A stretch of DNA of 64,000 nt from a bacterium (GTDB lineage: Bacteria > Armatimonadota > Zipacnadia > Zipacnadales > Zipacnadaceae): positions 1,322 through 65,321 of the forward strand of contig JAUVZM010000008.1 in assembly GCA_030602615.1 (NCBI GenBank), in the 5' to 3' direction. Below the pieces are notes generated by a model. That model made no database searches. It was not told the origin of the DNA and saw nothing but the letters and a program-made list of their open reading frames with translations. A program made the translations under genes and the position numbers. Of this stretch, positions 27,875 through 37,169 are shown piece by piece. Numbering within the stretch: the first letter of the stretch is position 1; each line of letters opens with the position of its first letter.

Positions 27875-29002
27875 GTGACAAGCTATCTCACAAACAGGCT
27901 AAGCAAGCTTCGAAAGTTCCTGCGCGTTGGTGGCTGGCAAATCCTATGCAGTCCGCGTGTGATTGCAAATTACTTTTTGAACCAGCGAGAGCAACGCGCC
28001 AAGGCCGTGGTGATGAAGTCTCTGCCCTCGAAAGTGGAGATAGAAATTAGCGGAAAGTGCAATCTGCGTTGTCGCCATTGCCTTCGTTCGTACAGCCACT
28101 ATCCCAGGCCCCAAGAATTTATCACGCTGGCTAACTTCGAAGCTATTGTGAAGCAATTGCCCTATACAGTGACCCTGACATTAACGGGAGCGGGAGAGCC
28201 GTTACTTCATCCTGATTTCCTGAAGATAGTGCACAGGGCGCGCCAGCTCCTACCGCATCTCAACATCGTTGTCTACACGAACTTTACTCTGATCGGCAAA
28301 GCTGTCACTGCACACGAACTTGTCCGCAGTGGCGTAAGTCAGATTCACGTTTCTCTTGATGCTGCTAGTGCCGACGTCTATCGCCAGGTACGCGGGGCAG
28401 ACGCCTGGGACCACATAGTTGAAGGGATTAAGAAGCTACTGGAAGCACGAAGTCAACTTGGTGCCCGCCGGCCGCTCGTTGGGACCAATTTCACCATGAT
28501 GCGGGATAACTTCCACCAAGCTTCTATGTATGTGCAGCTTGCCCATGAGCTGGGCGTTGACTATATTGCCCGGCCGTCCTTGTTAATGACAAGCTGGGGT
28601 TACTCCAGTGGCGCTGCGGGTATGACTAAATCTGCCCTCTGCGAGGTCATGCATGAGACCCGCAGTATAGCTCAAAAGCTAGGAGCGCCAATGCCGGTGG
28701 AGGCTTATGTAGCGGATCCAGATGGCTGGTTTTCTCACTACGAAGAATTGCGCGCCAACTATTTTGAGAGCTGTATGTTCTTCCGAAATCAGATCCAGAT
28801 TGATGCCGCGGGTAACTTCCGTCTTTGCTGCCGCCACCCTGGCTCCTCACATACTTATGGCAATGTGCTGGAGAAGCCGTTCAGCGAATTGTGGAATGGT
28901 CCGGTGATGATAGCCGCCCGTCGACGCCAGGTGGCTGGTGAGGTACCGCTGCCGCCTTGTGGGGAGGTCTGCGTCGTCCCGGATCCACCGCTTGCGCCCT
29001 GA
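27875..29002 (+). CDS. radical SAM protein with C-terminal SPASM/twitch-like Cys cluster
   Basis: CX3CX2C motif (GKCNLRCRHC), GAGEPLL and C-terminal cysteines (ESCMFF, RLCCRH, PPCGEVC). The start is GTG at 27875; the alternative ATG (MKSLPSK) lies 46 codons downstream. Confidence 0.8.
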   Translation: MTSYLTNRLSKLRKFLRVGGWQILCSPRVIANYFLNQREQRAKAVVMKSLPSKVEIEISGKCNLRCRHCLRSYSHYPRPQEFITLANFEAIVKQLPYTVTLTLTGAGEPLLHPDFLKIVHRARQLLPHLNIVVYTNFTLIGKAVTAHELVRSGVSQIHVSLDAASADVYRQVRGADAWDHIVEGIKKLLEARSQLGARRPLVGTNFTMMRDNFHQASMYVQLAHELGVDYIARPSLLMTSWGYSSGAAGMTKSALCEVMHETRSIAQKLGAPMPVEAYVADPDGWFSHYEELRANYFESCMFFRNQIQIDAAGNFRLCCRHPGSSHTYGNVLEKPFSELWNGPVMIAARRRQVAGEVPLPPCGEVCVVPDPPLAP

Positions 29003-29135
29003 GCTTGAGACCTCGTTATATACAAATCGCACCAGCTACATATCCCGCCGGTCGAAATGTTCTCCCATCAGAGCGTGAATCCTTCCCCGTCTATCGCTGC
29101 TGAGTTGTCTTACGCGCGAGCCGCGCGATCACCGC

Positions 29136-29927
29136 TCACATTTCGATGATACGGCGAATGGCCGCAGCCGTGTCCTCGAACGGTGCTGTCCCTGCATCCA
29201 CCTCCGAAAGTAGTGCATCATCATAGCCAATATTGCGCAATTCGTTCATAACTGCTGGGAAGTCCACGTCGCCTTCAGTAAGCGGCGGCCAGGAGTGATC
29301 GCTGCGTCGGAAGTCTTTGATGTGGACCTTCTTAATGTGCCGGCCCAGAATATTGACCCACTGTTCGGGGTAGCCCTGAATCACCATATTCCCCGAGTCG
29401 AAGTAGAAGCCAATCAGGGGGCAGTCCACGTCATCGAGAAACCGGCGGTATTCCAGCGGGCTGACCAGGAACCAGTTCCACACGTACTCAAGTGCCAGGT
29501 TCACGCCGATCTCCTCGACTGCAGGGGCAAGCGCGCGCAGTGAAGTCAAGGCATTGAAGTAAGCCTCGTCGTAGTGGCAATCCGGGCCCAGGGTCCCCGG
29601 GGTTATGAGCATGGCGTCTACACCCAAAGCCTGTGTCACGTGCAAGCCGCGTTCGATGCTCACCATGGACGCGCTGCGGACGTCGGCATCATTGCTCATA
29701 ATGTTCACCCTGCCGGCCGAGAGCGCGACGCTCGCCAACTCAACACCGGCGGCTTGAGCCTCGGCCGCCATCCCGGCGAGTAGGGATGGGTCGGTATCCA
29801 ACGTGAGCTCGCCTGCATCGCTAATGACCAGCTCGACCGCCTCGTAGCCCAGTTCCGGACACTTCTTCAGCATTTCAGCAAACGACCACTCGGACGGCGT
29901 AATAATGCAGCTTATGCCAACTTTCAT
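29136..29927 (-). CDS. sugar phosphate isomerase/epimerase (xylose isomerase-like TIM barrel)
   Basis: Size and layout match the family (YEAVEL..., NLALEY, FDSGN, HIKD). The SD AGGAGG lies 7 nt upstream. Confidence 0.75.
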   Translation of the reverse strand: MKVGISCIITPSEWSFAEMLKKCPELGYEAVELVISDAGELTLDTDPSLLAGMAAEAQAAGVELASVALSAGRVNIMSNDADVRSASMVSIERGLHVTQALGVDAMLITPGTLGPDCHYDEAYFNALTSLRALAPAVEEIGVNLALEYVWNWFLVSPLEYRRFLDDVDCPLIGFYFDSGNMVIQGYPEQWVNILGRHIKKVHIKDFRRSDHSWPPLTEGDVDFPAVMNELRNIGYDDALLSEVDAGTAPFEDTAAAIRRIIEM

Positions 29928-30297
29928 GATATAACCTCCTCGGCTAGCGTTACAATACTAAGGAACACGGGCCGTCGTGTGCCGACATCAGTCGCGGCCG
30001 TGGGTTAGGCTTGCCTTGCTGCGTGTGTACTGTAGCTCCCCCCACTCCTTGACGCCCGTCATGATGCTCCAGGCCAGGGGAACGTCCTCGCACGCCTCAT
30101 CCGGGTTGAATTGTGCGGCTGGATGTATACAGCATACCCTACCCATGAGACCGCTGCAAAACCTACTTTATTGTGATTATAACAGCGGGGGGGCTTGCTG
30201 TCAAGGAGGCGGCGAAAGTGAGGCTTCCTAGGAACAGTTGCGGGTGCATTTGCGTCTAACAACTACGAGCGTCAATATTGTTGAAGGGGTGAGCCTT

Positions 30298-32595
30298 ATG
30301 CCGCGAGTAAGTCTGCTGACGATTCTATTGATTCTGGTGATTTGTGCTCCTGTCTTCGCTGACGGAATGCTGATCCCCGGGCCACCGACCCACATTATTC
30401 CTGACGAGCCGTACTTCACGGTGAAATACCATCACGTCAAGGTCGAGATTGAGGACCAGGTATGCACCACCTATGTGGATCAGGTCTTTGTCAACGAGAG
30501 TCGCCGCGAGATGGAGGCGACCTATCTGTTTCCGCTGCCGCCGGGCGCAGTGGTCACCGAGTTTGTGCTGATTGCCGACGGTGAGGAAATAGAAGCCAGG
30601 CTGCTGGATAAGGACGAAGCCCAGAAGATATACGAGGAGATTGTGCGCAAGCGCAAGGACCCCGCGATATTGACTTACGCGGGCAACAACGCCTACCAGG
30701 CCAAGATCTACCCAATTCCGGCCGGTGGCGAGCGCCGCGTGGAGTTGCGTTACTCTGAGGTGCTATCCTACGACAACGGCCTGGTAAGCTACCTGTACCC
30801 GCTCAGCCCCGAGGGGCTGTCGCACAAGCCGATTGAGTCGGTAGTCTTCACCGCTGACATTCGTTCGCAGCAGCCCATTGGCAGTGTCTATTGCCCTTCG
30901 CACGAGATTGAGGTCAATAAGATAAGCGAGAGCCACGTACGGGTCTCGTATGAGGCTAACGACGTTCTGCCCGAGCGCGATGTGCTGCTGTATTACAACG
31001 TTGCGCAGGACCCGGTGGGCTTAAGTCTGGTAACCTTCAAGGAGGCCGGCGACGACGGTTTCTTCCTGCTATTGGCCGCACCGACGGTGGAAGAAGATGA
31101 GGGCGAGGTTGTGCCCAAGAACATCTGCTTTGTGCTGGATACCTCCGGCAGTATGGCGCGCGACGGTAAGATTGAGCAGGCCAAGGATGCGCTTGACTTT
31201 TGTGTTGGTAGCCTCAATCGGCAAGACCAGTTCAATATCATCGCCTTCAGCAGTACCATCCGGGATTTCGAGGGCAGGCTCGTTCCCGCGCGAGAGGACC
31301 ACATCGAGGAGGCGCGGAAGTTCATCAAGCGATTCGACGCGACTGGCGGCACCGACATTGACACCGCGCTGCGTACTGCCCTGGCGCAGCGCAAGCAGGG
31401 TGAGGTCAACTACATCGTCTTTTTGACCGACGGTCAGCCGACCGTGGGTGTCACTGAAGAATCCCAGATTATTAAGAACATCGCCGAGGAAGCAGACGAG
31501 ATGGAGCGCACGCCAACCCGCCTCTTTGTCTTCGGGGTCGGCTATAAGGTGAACACCAACTTCCTGGATAAGCTGGCGCAGGACAACGGCGGGCTGACCA
31601 CCTACGTGCGCCCGACTGAAGACATTGAGGTCAAGGTCTCCAACTTCTACAGCAAGATCTCCCGACCGCTGCTGACCGAGCTCCGCATAGGCTACGGAAG
31701 TGTGGAGACGTACGACGAGCTTCCCCGCGAGCTGCCCGATCTGTTCTATGGTTCGCAGCTCGAGATCTTCGGGCGCTACAAGCATAATACCTCTGGCCGC
31801 ACGACTGTCCGACTCAGTGGCACGGCCAAGGACGACTCGAAAAGCTTCACGCTCGACTGCCAGTTTCCTGAAGTGAAGAAGGGCACCGATCAGATTGCCG
31901 CGCTGTGGGCCGCCCGCAAGATCGGCTACTTGCTTGACCAAATTCGCCTCCACGGTGAAGACAAGGAATTGGTTGACGAAATAGTCCGGGTCAGCCTGGA
32001 ATACGGGATATTGACCGAATATACGGCGTTTCTGGCCGACGAGGATCGGGCCATACCGGTTGCGGAAGCGGCGGCGCGAGCCGCTGGGACTTTTAGGGGC
32101 ATGACGGCTCCCGGCGCGGGCTATGGCGGGGCCGGGCAGGCGCGATCGCAGAATGCGTACGCTATGCAGCAGCAGGCGCAGGTACATACTATCAATACCT
32201 ATCTGGACGCCGAGGGCAATCGCCAGCGCATCGCTAACATCCAGAACGTCGGCCAGCGCGGCTATGTACAGCGCCAGGGCCGCTGGGAGGATACCCGCTA
32301 CCAGCCGGATATGGAGATCGCGCTGCAGGTGCAGGCCTACTCGGAGGCCCACTTCCAGCTCAGCCGCAACTTCCCGCAGCTTAACAGCCAGATGAGCGTG
32401 GGCGACAACGTCCTGGTTATTCTCAACAACCAGGTCATCGAAATCGGCGCAGCGGGCAAGACGGTGCTGACTGAAGCTGAGCTGAAAGCGCTGGGGGTGA
32501 GTGCAGAGGTGCAGACCGGAGCACGCCCAGATGCACAGGCTAACCCGGGACTACTGGCGATGCTGCTTGAGTGGTTAGGCGGGCTGTTTAGCTGA
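30298..32595 (+). CDS. secreted VIT-domain + von Willebrand factor A-domain protein
   Basis: Signal peptide (MPRVSLLTILLILVICAPVFA), a VIT region (TYVDQVFVN...ATYLFPLPPGAVV...YPIPAGGERRVELRYSE) and vWA with a MIDAS motif (FVLDTSGSM). ATG 30298 was chosen. Confidence 0.85.
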   Translation: MPRVSLLTILLILVICAPVFADGMLIPGPPTHIIPDEPYFTVKYHHVKVEIEDQVCTTYVDQVFVNESRREMEATYLFPLPPGAVVTEFVLIADGEEIEARLLDKDEAQKIYEEIVRKRKDPAILTYAGNNAYQAKIYPIPAGGERRVELRYSEVLSYDNGLVSYLYPLSPEGLSHKPIESVVFTADIRSQQPIGSVYCPSHEIEVNKISESHVRVSYEANDVLPERDVLLYYNVAQDPVGLSLVTFKEAGDDGFFLLLAAPTVEEDEGEVVPKNICFVLDTSGSMARDGKIEQAKDALDFCVGSLNRQDQFNIIAFSSTIRDFEGRLVPAREDHIEEARKFIKRFDATGGTDIDTALRTALAQRKQGEVNYIVFLTDGQPTVGVTEESQIIKNIAEEADEMERTPTRLFVFGVGYKVNTNFLDKLAQDNGGLTTYVRPTEDIEVKVSNFYSKISRPLLTELRIGYGSVETYDELPRELPDLFYGSQLEIFGRYKHNTSGRTTVRLSGTAKDDSKSFTLDCQFPEVKKGTDQIAALWAARKIGYLLDQIRLHGEDKELVDEIVRVSLEYGILTEYTAFLADEDRAIPVAEAAARAAGTFRGMTAPGAGYGGAGQARSQNAYAMQQQAQVHTINTYLDAEGNRQRIANIQNVGQRGYVQRQGRWEDTRYQPDMEIALQVQAYSEAHFQLSRNFPQLNSQMSVGDNVLVILNNQVIEIGAAGKTVLTEAELKALGVSAEVQTGARPDAQANPGLLAMLLEWLGGLFS

Positions 32596-32704
32596 GTTGC
32601 TCTGCGCGGCGCTTGCCGACATGGTTTATCCACGGCACCGGCCAGTTAGCGCACACCCCTGACTTGTGGGCAGCAAAAAACAGGCATCGCCGTCCTTGGC
32701 TTGA

Positions 32705-33004
32705 TTATTGATCTGGGGGGTCCGTAGCTTCTTCCCTCGCGATGCCGAGGCGTACTTTGATCACGGCAATGTCTGTCTTGATAGTCGCAATATCGTCGAG
32801 GATCTTTTCCTGTCCCTCGGCGAACTCCTCAAATTGGGTCTTCTCGATATATATCTTGCGCGCGTCTTCGCGTGGCAGGGCTTGGTAGGCTTTGAGGGTG
32901 ACAGCACCGAGTCCTATTATGATGGCTGCTACCACCACTATGAGAACTCCTCTTACAAATGGATGGTCTATAAACGAAGATCCAGGCTTCTCGTCGGCGG
33001 CCAT
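32705..33004 (-). CDS. small single-pass membrane protein with coiled-coil tail (99 aa)
   Basis: One TM helix (VLIVVVAAIIIGLGAVTL) followed by a charged heptad-like segment. The SD GGAGTG lies 7 nt upstream. Confidence 0.5.
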   Translation of the reverse strand: MAADEKPGSSFIDHPFVRGVLIVVVAAIIIGLGAVTLKAYQALPREDARKIYIEKTQFEEFAEGQEKILDDIATIKTDIAVIKVRLGIAREEATDPPDQ

Positions 33005-33423
33005 TATTGTTCACTCCATCAGCTGTATGCGGATGATAGGCGTTGCTGCGATCGAAGCCTCTTTGGCTTGGCAATCACCGTACAGTCTATATCGGGCAAC
33101 CCCTTGAAAACATTACACAGAAGAACCGAGCCGTCCCAAATTACAGGGCGTCTCAGTTCTTAGCACGCGCTATACAACTGCGCGGTACACTCCATTATAG
33201 AGGCAGTATTTTTTTCATACTCAATAAAGAATACTGGAGCCAAACAAATTCACTGCATCAACATTAATCACGAAAACCGGCGGCAATGCTCCCCAATGCA
33301 CCTATCGCCATTACTTCTACTATATCCGTATAAGACATGTACTACACTGTTGGGCGGGGACTGGACCATAGCAGCGGGAACCGTCCGGTGAACCCACCTA
33401 TATTTATTATAGCACACAAGGCC

Positions 33424-33618
33424 CTATTTGGCAAATCCCTGCAGCATCCTGGACCACGTCTCTGCCATGGCTTCCCCCAAGGTATCACCGGCGTACCCGC
33501 TCGAAATCGTTATCCACACGAAGACGGCTGCTGCAAGACCCAAGTTAATCTGGGTCTCGTAACCTCTCCCGTGCGTCGGATATTCCCGGATTTGCTCATC
33601 ACCTTCGAGCACATTCAT
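33424..33618 (-). CDS. small hypothetical membrane protein (64 aa)
   Basis: A strong SD (AGGAGG) lies 8 nt upstream of ATG 33618, and there is one TM helix (INLGLAAAVFVWITISSGYAG). No family recognised. Confidence 0.45.
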   Translation of the reverse strand: MNVLEGDEQIREYPTHGRGYETQINLGLAAAVFVWITISSGYAGDTLGEAMAETWSRMLQGFAK

Positions 33619-33755
33619 CTGTCACGCCTCCTGCTCGTCCTCAAGGCCAAAACGATAGGCCGAAAACTAGAACGGCACAAGGGCTCTCTATCTGAGCCAG
33701 TTGGCTTCTGACTCTGGATAGAGTGCAAGCTAAATCTGACAGTTTAACCAGCCGA

Positions 33756-34574
33756 CTACCCGAGTGACGGAGGCGGTTCGTTAGCCGGTGGGCTCTGCTC
33801 TTCTTCTGACCCGGCCTGCGGCAGGAAAGCCTGTGTGATCCGCTCGACGGCGCTAAACATCTCCAGCGGTAGCGGGAAGACGACGGTAGAGGCCTTCTCT
33901 GTGGAGATTTCAACCACCGTCTGCAGGAAGCGCAACTGCAGGGCCGGCGGGTGGGCACCGATGATGTCGGCGGCATCGGAGAGGCGCTGGGAGGCCTGGA
34001 ACTCGCCTTCGGCGGCGATGACCTTGGCACGACGTTCCCGTTCGGCTTCGGCCTGGCGGGCGATGGCCCGGCGCATCTCGTCGGGCAGCTCGACGTCCTT
34101 GACCTCGACAGCGGTCACCTTGATACCCCACGGATCAGTGTGGCCATCAATAATCTTCTGCAGGGTGTTATTGATCTTGTCGCGCTCGGCCAGCATCTCG
34201 TCAAGCTCTGATTGGCCGATGACCGCGCGCATGGTGGTCTGAGCGATCTGGCTGGTGGCCCGCAGGAAGTCCTGGATTTGCACTATAGCGTCCACGGGGT
34301 CGTAGACGCGGAAATACAGGACCGCGTTGACGCTGATGGTCACGTTATCGCGGGTGATAACCTCCTGGCGAGGTATATCCAGGGTAACGATACGCAGCTC
34401 CACCTTGACCATCTGCTCGATGATCGGCCACACGTAGAAGATCCCGGGCCCGCGGGCCCCCACCAGCCGGCCCAGGCGGAAGATCACCGCACGCTCATAC
34501 TCCCGCACTACCTTGATATCGCCTAGCAGTATCAAGAACGCAACTACCCCCACGCTAATCAGAAATGTTCCCAT
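33756..34574 (-). CDS. stomatin-like SPFH/band-7 protein
   Basis: N-terminal [33 protein letters not shown] and an [12 protein letters not shown] coiled coil. ATG 34574 has AAGGAG 8 nt upstream. Confidence 0.85.
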   Translation of the reverse strand: MGTFLISVGVVAFLILLGDIKVVREYERAVIFRLGRLVGARGPGIFYVWPIIEQMVKVELRIVTLDIPRQEVITRDNVTISVNAVLYFRVYDPVDAIVQIQDFLRATSQIAQTTMRAVIGQSELDEMLAERDKINNTLQKIIDGHTDPWGIKVTAVEVKDVELPDEMRRAIARQAEAERERRAKVIAAEGEFQASQRLSDAADIIGAHPPALQLRFLQTVVEISTEKASTVVFPLPLEMFSAVERITQAFLPQAGSEEEQSPPANEPPPSLG

Positions 34575-34640
34575 CTGCCTCACTCCTTCGCCGGAATTTG
34601 GTTTAACCCGGGCAGCGCCGACTCTGCCAGGGATGGTACA

Positions 34641-35960
34641 CTACTCTTTGCGCTTGACCTTCAGGCGCATATGGGCCAGCTCCTCAGTGACAATAATCTC
34701 TTCGCCGGCCTCAATCGGTTCTCCTTCGCAGGTGGCTGACCACACTGCTCCGTCCACGTGCACCAGCCCGTCGGGATCAAGCCGCTGGCGAACCGTGCCG
34801 GTGGCGCCAGCCAACGCTCCTATGCCGATAGCGAGCGGACGTCGCTGCCCCTTGACGATAGCGCCCAAGGCCAGCAGGAAAAAGCCGCCGGTGGCGACCG
34901 CAACGCCCAGGATCAGCGGTCGCGAGATAGGCGTGGCCGGCGACTCCATTAGAATCAGTGAGCCGATTACAAAAGCAGCCAGGCCGCCGACGCCCAGCAC
35001 TCCGTAGGTGGGCGTGTACAGTTCGGCAATTAGCATCGCTACTCCCGCCACGATCAGGGCCAGCCCGGCCCAATTGAAGGACAGCACTGACAGCCCGTAC
35101 AGCCCCAGAATCAAGCAGATCAGGCCGACAACCCCTGCTCCGCCGATGCCGGGAACCTTCAGCTCGAAGATGATGCCGTAGAAGCCGATTATGAGCAGCA
35201 GATAAGCGACATTGGGATGGGCCAGTACGCTTAACAGACTCTCGCGCCAGCTCATTTCCACTGATTCGATGCGCGCGCCTGATGTCTCCAAAGTGACCTC
35301 TCCGGCTGGCGTATCGACCCTGCGGCCGGCGGCCTGCTCGGCGAATTGGTCGGCAGTTGCCGCAATGAAGTCCACCACGCTCTGTTCAACTGCTTCAGTG
35401 GCAGTGGCCGTGATGCTCTCACGCACGGCCTGCTCGGCCCACTGGGCATTGCGGCCACGCTTATCGGCCAGGCCGCGAATCTGAGCCACGGCATCGTTGA
35501 CGATTTTCTCAGTCAGCGTTTCAAGCTGCTTCGCAGCCCCCTCGCTGGGCTCACCACCAGGCATACCACCAGTCATCATCACCGGGTGAGCCGCGCCAAT
35601 GGTAGTGGAGGGCGCCATACCGCTGACGTGAGCGGCATAGACCAGGAAAGTGCCCGCCGAGGCGGCGCGGGCGCCTTCCGGCGCCACCCACATTCCTACC
35701 GGGATGGTCGAGTGCAGGATGTCGCTGGTAATCTGGCGCATCGAGATCATCTGGCCGCCGGGAGTATCAAGCTTGATAAGCACCAGGTCTGCATCGCGCC
35801 GTCGCGCCGCCTCAATGCCGCGACTGATGTAGCTGGCGGTAGCCGGATTTATATCGCTGGCTACGGTCAGTTCAATAATCAGCGGCTCGCTGTGAGCCGC
35901 CCCACTGACCGCCAGGCCAATGGTCATCACCAGCAAGAGCAGCATCCGTCGCATTTTCAT
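34641..35960 (-). CDS. NfeD-family membrane-bound serine protease (long form: ClpP-like domain + TM bundle + OB fold)
   Basis: Signal/TM segment, a ClpP-class region (LIKLDTPGG, ASAGTF), 4-5 TM helices and a C-terminal OB segment (VHVDGAVWSATCEGEPIEAGEEIIV). It lies directly upstream of the stomatin gene. Confidence 0.85.
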   Translation of the reverse strand: MKMRRMLLLLVMTIGLAVSGAAHSEPLIIELTVASDINPATASYISRGIEAARRRDADLVLIKLDTPGGQMISMRQITSDILHSTIPVGMWVAPEGARAASAGTFLVYAAHVSGMAPSTTIGAAHPVMMTGGMPGGEPSEGAAKQLETLTEKIVNDAVAQIRGLADKRGRNAQWAEQAVRESITATATEAVEQSVVDFIAATADQFAEQAAGRRVDTPAGEVTLETSGARIESVEMSWRESLLSVLAHPNVAYLLLIIGFYGIIFELKVPGIGGAGVVGLICLILGLYGLSVLSFNWAGLALIVAGVAMLIAELYTPTYGVLGVGGLAAFVIGSLILMESPATPISRPLILGVAVATGGFFLLALGAIVKGQRRPLAIGIGALAGATGTVRQRLDPDGLVHVDGAVWSATCEGEPIEAGEEIIVTEELAHMRLKVKRKE

Positions 35961-35999
35961 TTCCTCCTAATTGCCGATGTGAGCTGGGGCCCCACACCG

Positions 36000-36608
36000 C
36001 TAGCGTGCTTCGGCGGTGTCCAGAAGAATGGCGAGTCCCACAGCAATACGCCGGTCCAGTCGTCTGTCCGGATCATTGGTCAGGTCGAGGGCATACTTGT
36101 CTCCGATAGTGAACTTGCGGTGGAAAGCGCCAACATAGGTATTGTCGGCAAGCAGTATTTCGAAGTCGGTGCGCATCAGACCGCTGATAAACCGGCGAAA
36201 CAGGGCCTTGATCCACGAGTCTTCGCGGGCCTGGGCAATCTCCTGACCCACAGGATTCCGGATGACCCATGTGCGCCGGAGCAGGGATAAGATGCCCCGC
36301 CGCTCGTAAGTGCAGAGGACCTGATCATCCGGAGTCAGCAAGGTGAAGTGCTGATTAATAGCCAGGATGCGGTCCTGACGCAGGGTTAGGCGCCTCACAT
36401 TCTTTGTGTCATCGTCGAATATTTCAATATGTGCTTTCAGCCTCAGCGCCGGTCGCTGTACAAAGAACAATGGCTCTTGGTCTTCGTCGTAGACGTAGTA
36501 CTTCGCGCCGATGCTCAGTATCTTCTGGTGGACGAGAAACTTGTCGTGATCGAACTTCGGATCTTTGCCCTTGTCGGAGAAAGACGTCGGCGAATCTGCA
36601 CTTGTCAT
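36000..36608 (-). CDS. LURP-one-related / Tubby C-terminal-like (scramblase-fold) family protein (tentative)
   Basis: FLVHQKILSIGAKYYVYDEDQEPLFFVQRP and KFTIGDKYALDL resemble the family as I remember it; no search was run. The alternative start is ATG 36641. Confidence 0.55.
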   Translation of the reverse strand: MTSADSPTSFSDKGKDPKFDHDKFLVHQKILSIGAKYYVYDEDQEPLFFVQRPALRLKAHIEIFDDDTKNVRRLTLRQDRILAINQHFTLLTPDDQVLCTYERRGILSLLRRTWVIRNPVGQEIAQAREDSWIKALFRRFISGLMRTDFEILLADNTYVGAFHRKFTIGDKYALDLTNDPDRRLDRRIAVGLAILLDTAEAR

Positions 36609-36650
36609 TTTCGTTCCTCTCTTCCCGAGTGCGGCCTGCATTGCGCACCG

Positions 36651-36935
36651 TTAAGCCGTGCGGGCCTGCTGCACCGGTGGGTTATTGGCCCGGTAGATCA
36701 CAATGTAATAGATTAGTGCACCCAGCCATCTGGTCATCACAATGAGCACACACCATAGTGCGCGGGTGCCGGGCTCAGGGAAATCACGGCGGGCACAGTC
36801 CCAGACCGCCAGGATTGTTATCACCCAACTGGCTACCCCACATAGCATGGCCGTGCCGATAAATAGGAAATAAAACGCGAAGAAGGCAAAGGCGAACGCT
36901 GCACCAGCTGTCTCTTCCATAGTGTTGTCACCCAC
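36651..36935 (-). CDS. small PLDc_N-type membrane protein
   Basis: Two TM helices flanking VWDCARRDF...W..L...ALIYYIV, which is typical of the PLD-nuclease N-terminal domain family. The start is uncertain (GTG 36935 or ATG 36920). Confidence 0.55.
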   Translation of the reverse strand: MGDNTMEETAGAAFAFAFFAFYFLFIGTAMLCGVASWVITILAVWDCARRDFPEPGTRALWCVLIVMTRWLGALIYYIVIYRANNPPVQQARTA

Positions 36936-37169
36936 TAATCGGACGGATAGGAACTCATCCCATCATCATAGTATTCGCCCTTTGGCGGCGGATTCCTTCT
37001 GCTATCATGACTACACTCCCTACTTGCGGACGAAGCCGGATTGCCGCAGGCAGGTCTTTAGCCACGCCTTCCGCTTGCCGGGCAGAACAAGAAGGACATT
37101 TGCCGACGCTTGGCGAATTATAAAAGTGAAAAGTTGCGGGCAGTTACCTTTAGCAAGGGAGGAATCAAG

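Noticed and set aside
29113-29127. A CGCGCG-agc-CGCGCG hairpin 8 nt beyond the isomerase stop codon.
   Set aside because: It has only a 6-bp stem with a 3-nt loop, no U-tract, and is made of a simple CG repeat. This is insufficient for a terminator call.
31069-32352. A 427-aa ORF antisense to the VIT-vWA gene.
   Set aside because: The product is Arg/Leu/Gly/Ala-rich with no recognisable motif, while the sense strand encodes clear VIT and vWA domains. This is a typical shadow ORF of GC-rich DNA.
33337-33711. A 124-aa plus-strand ORF in the A/T-rich gap.
   Set aside because: The translation looks non-protein-like (Pro/Gly/Arg/His-rich, no SD). It overlaps the better-supported SD-led 64-aa ORF on the opposite strand.
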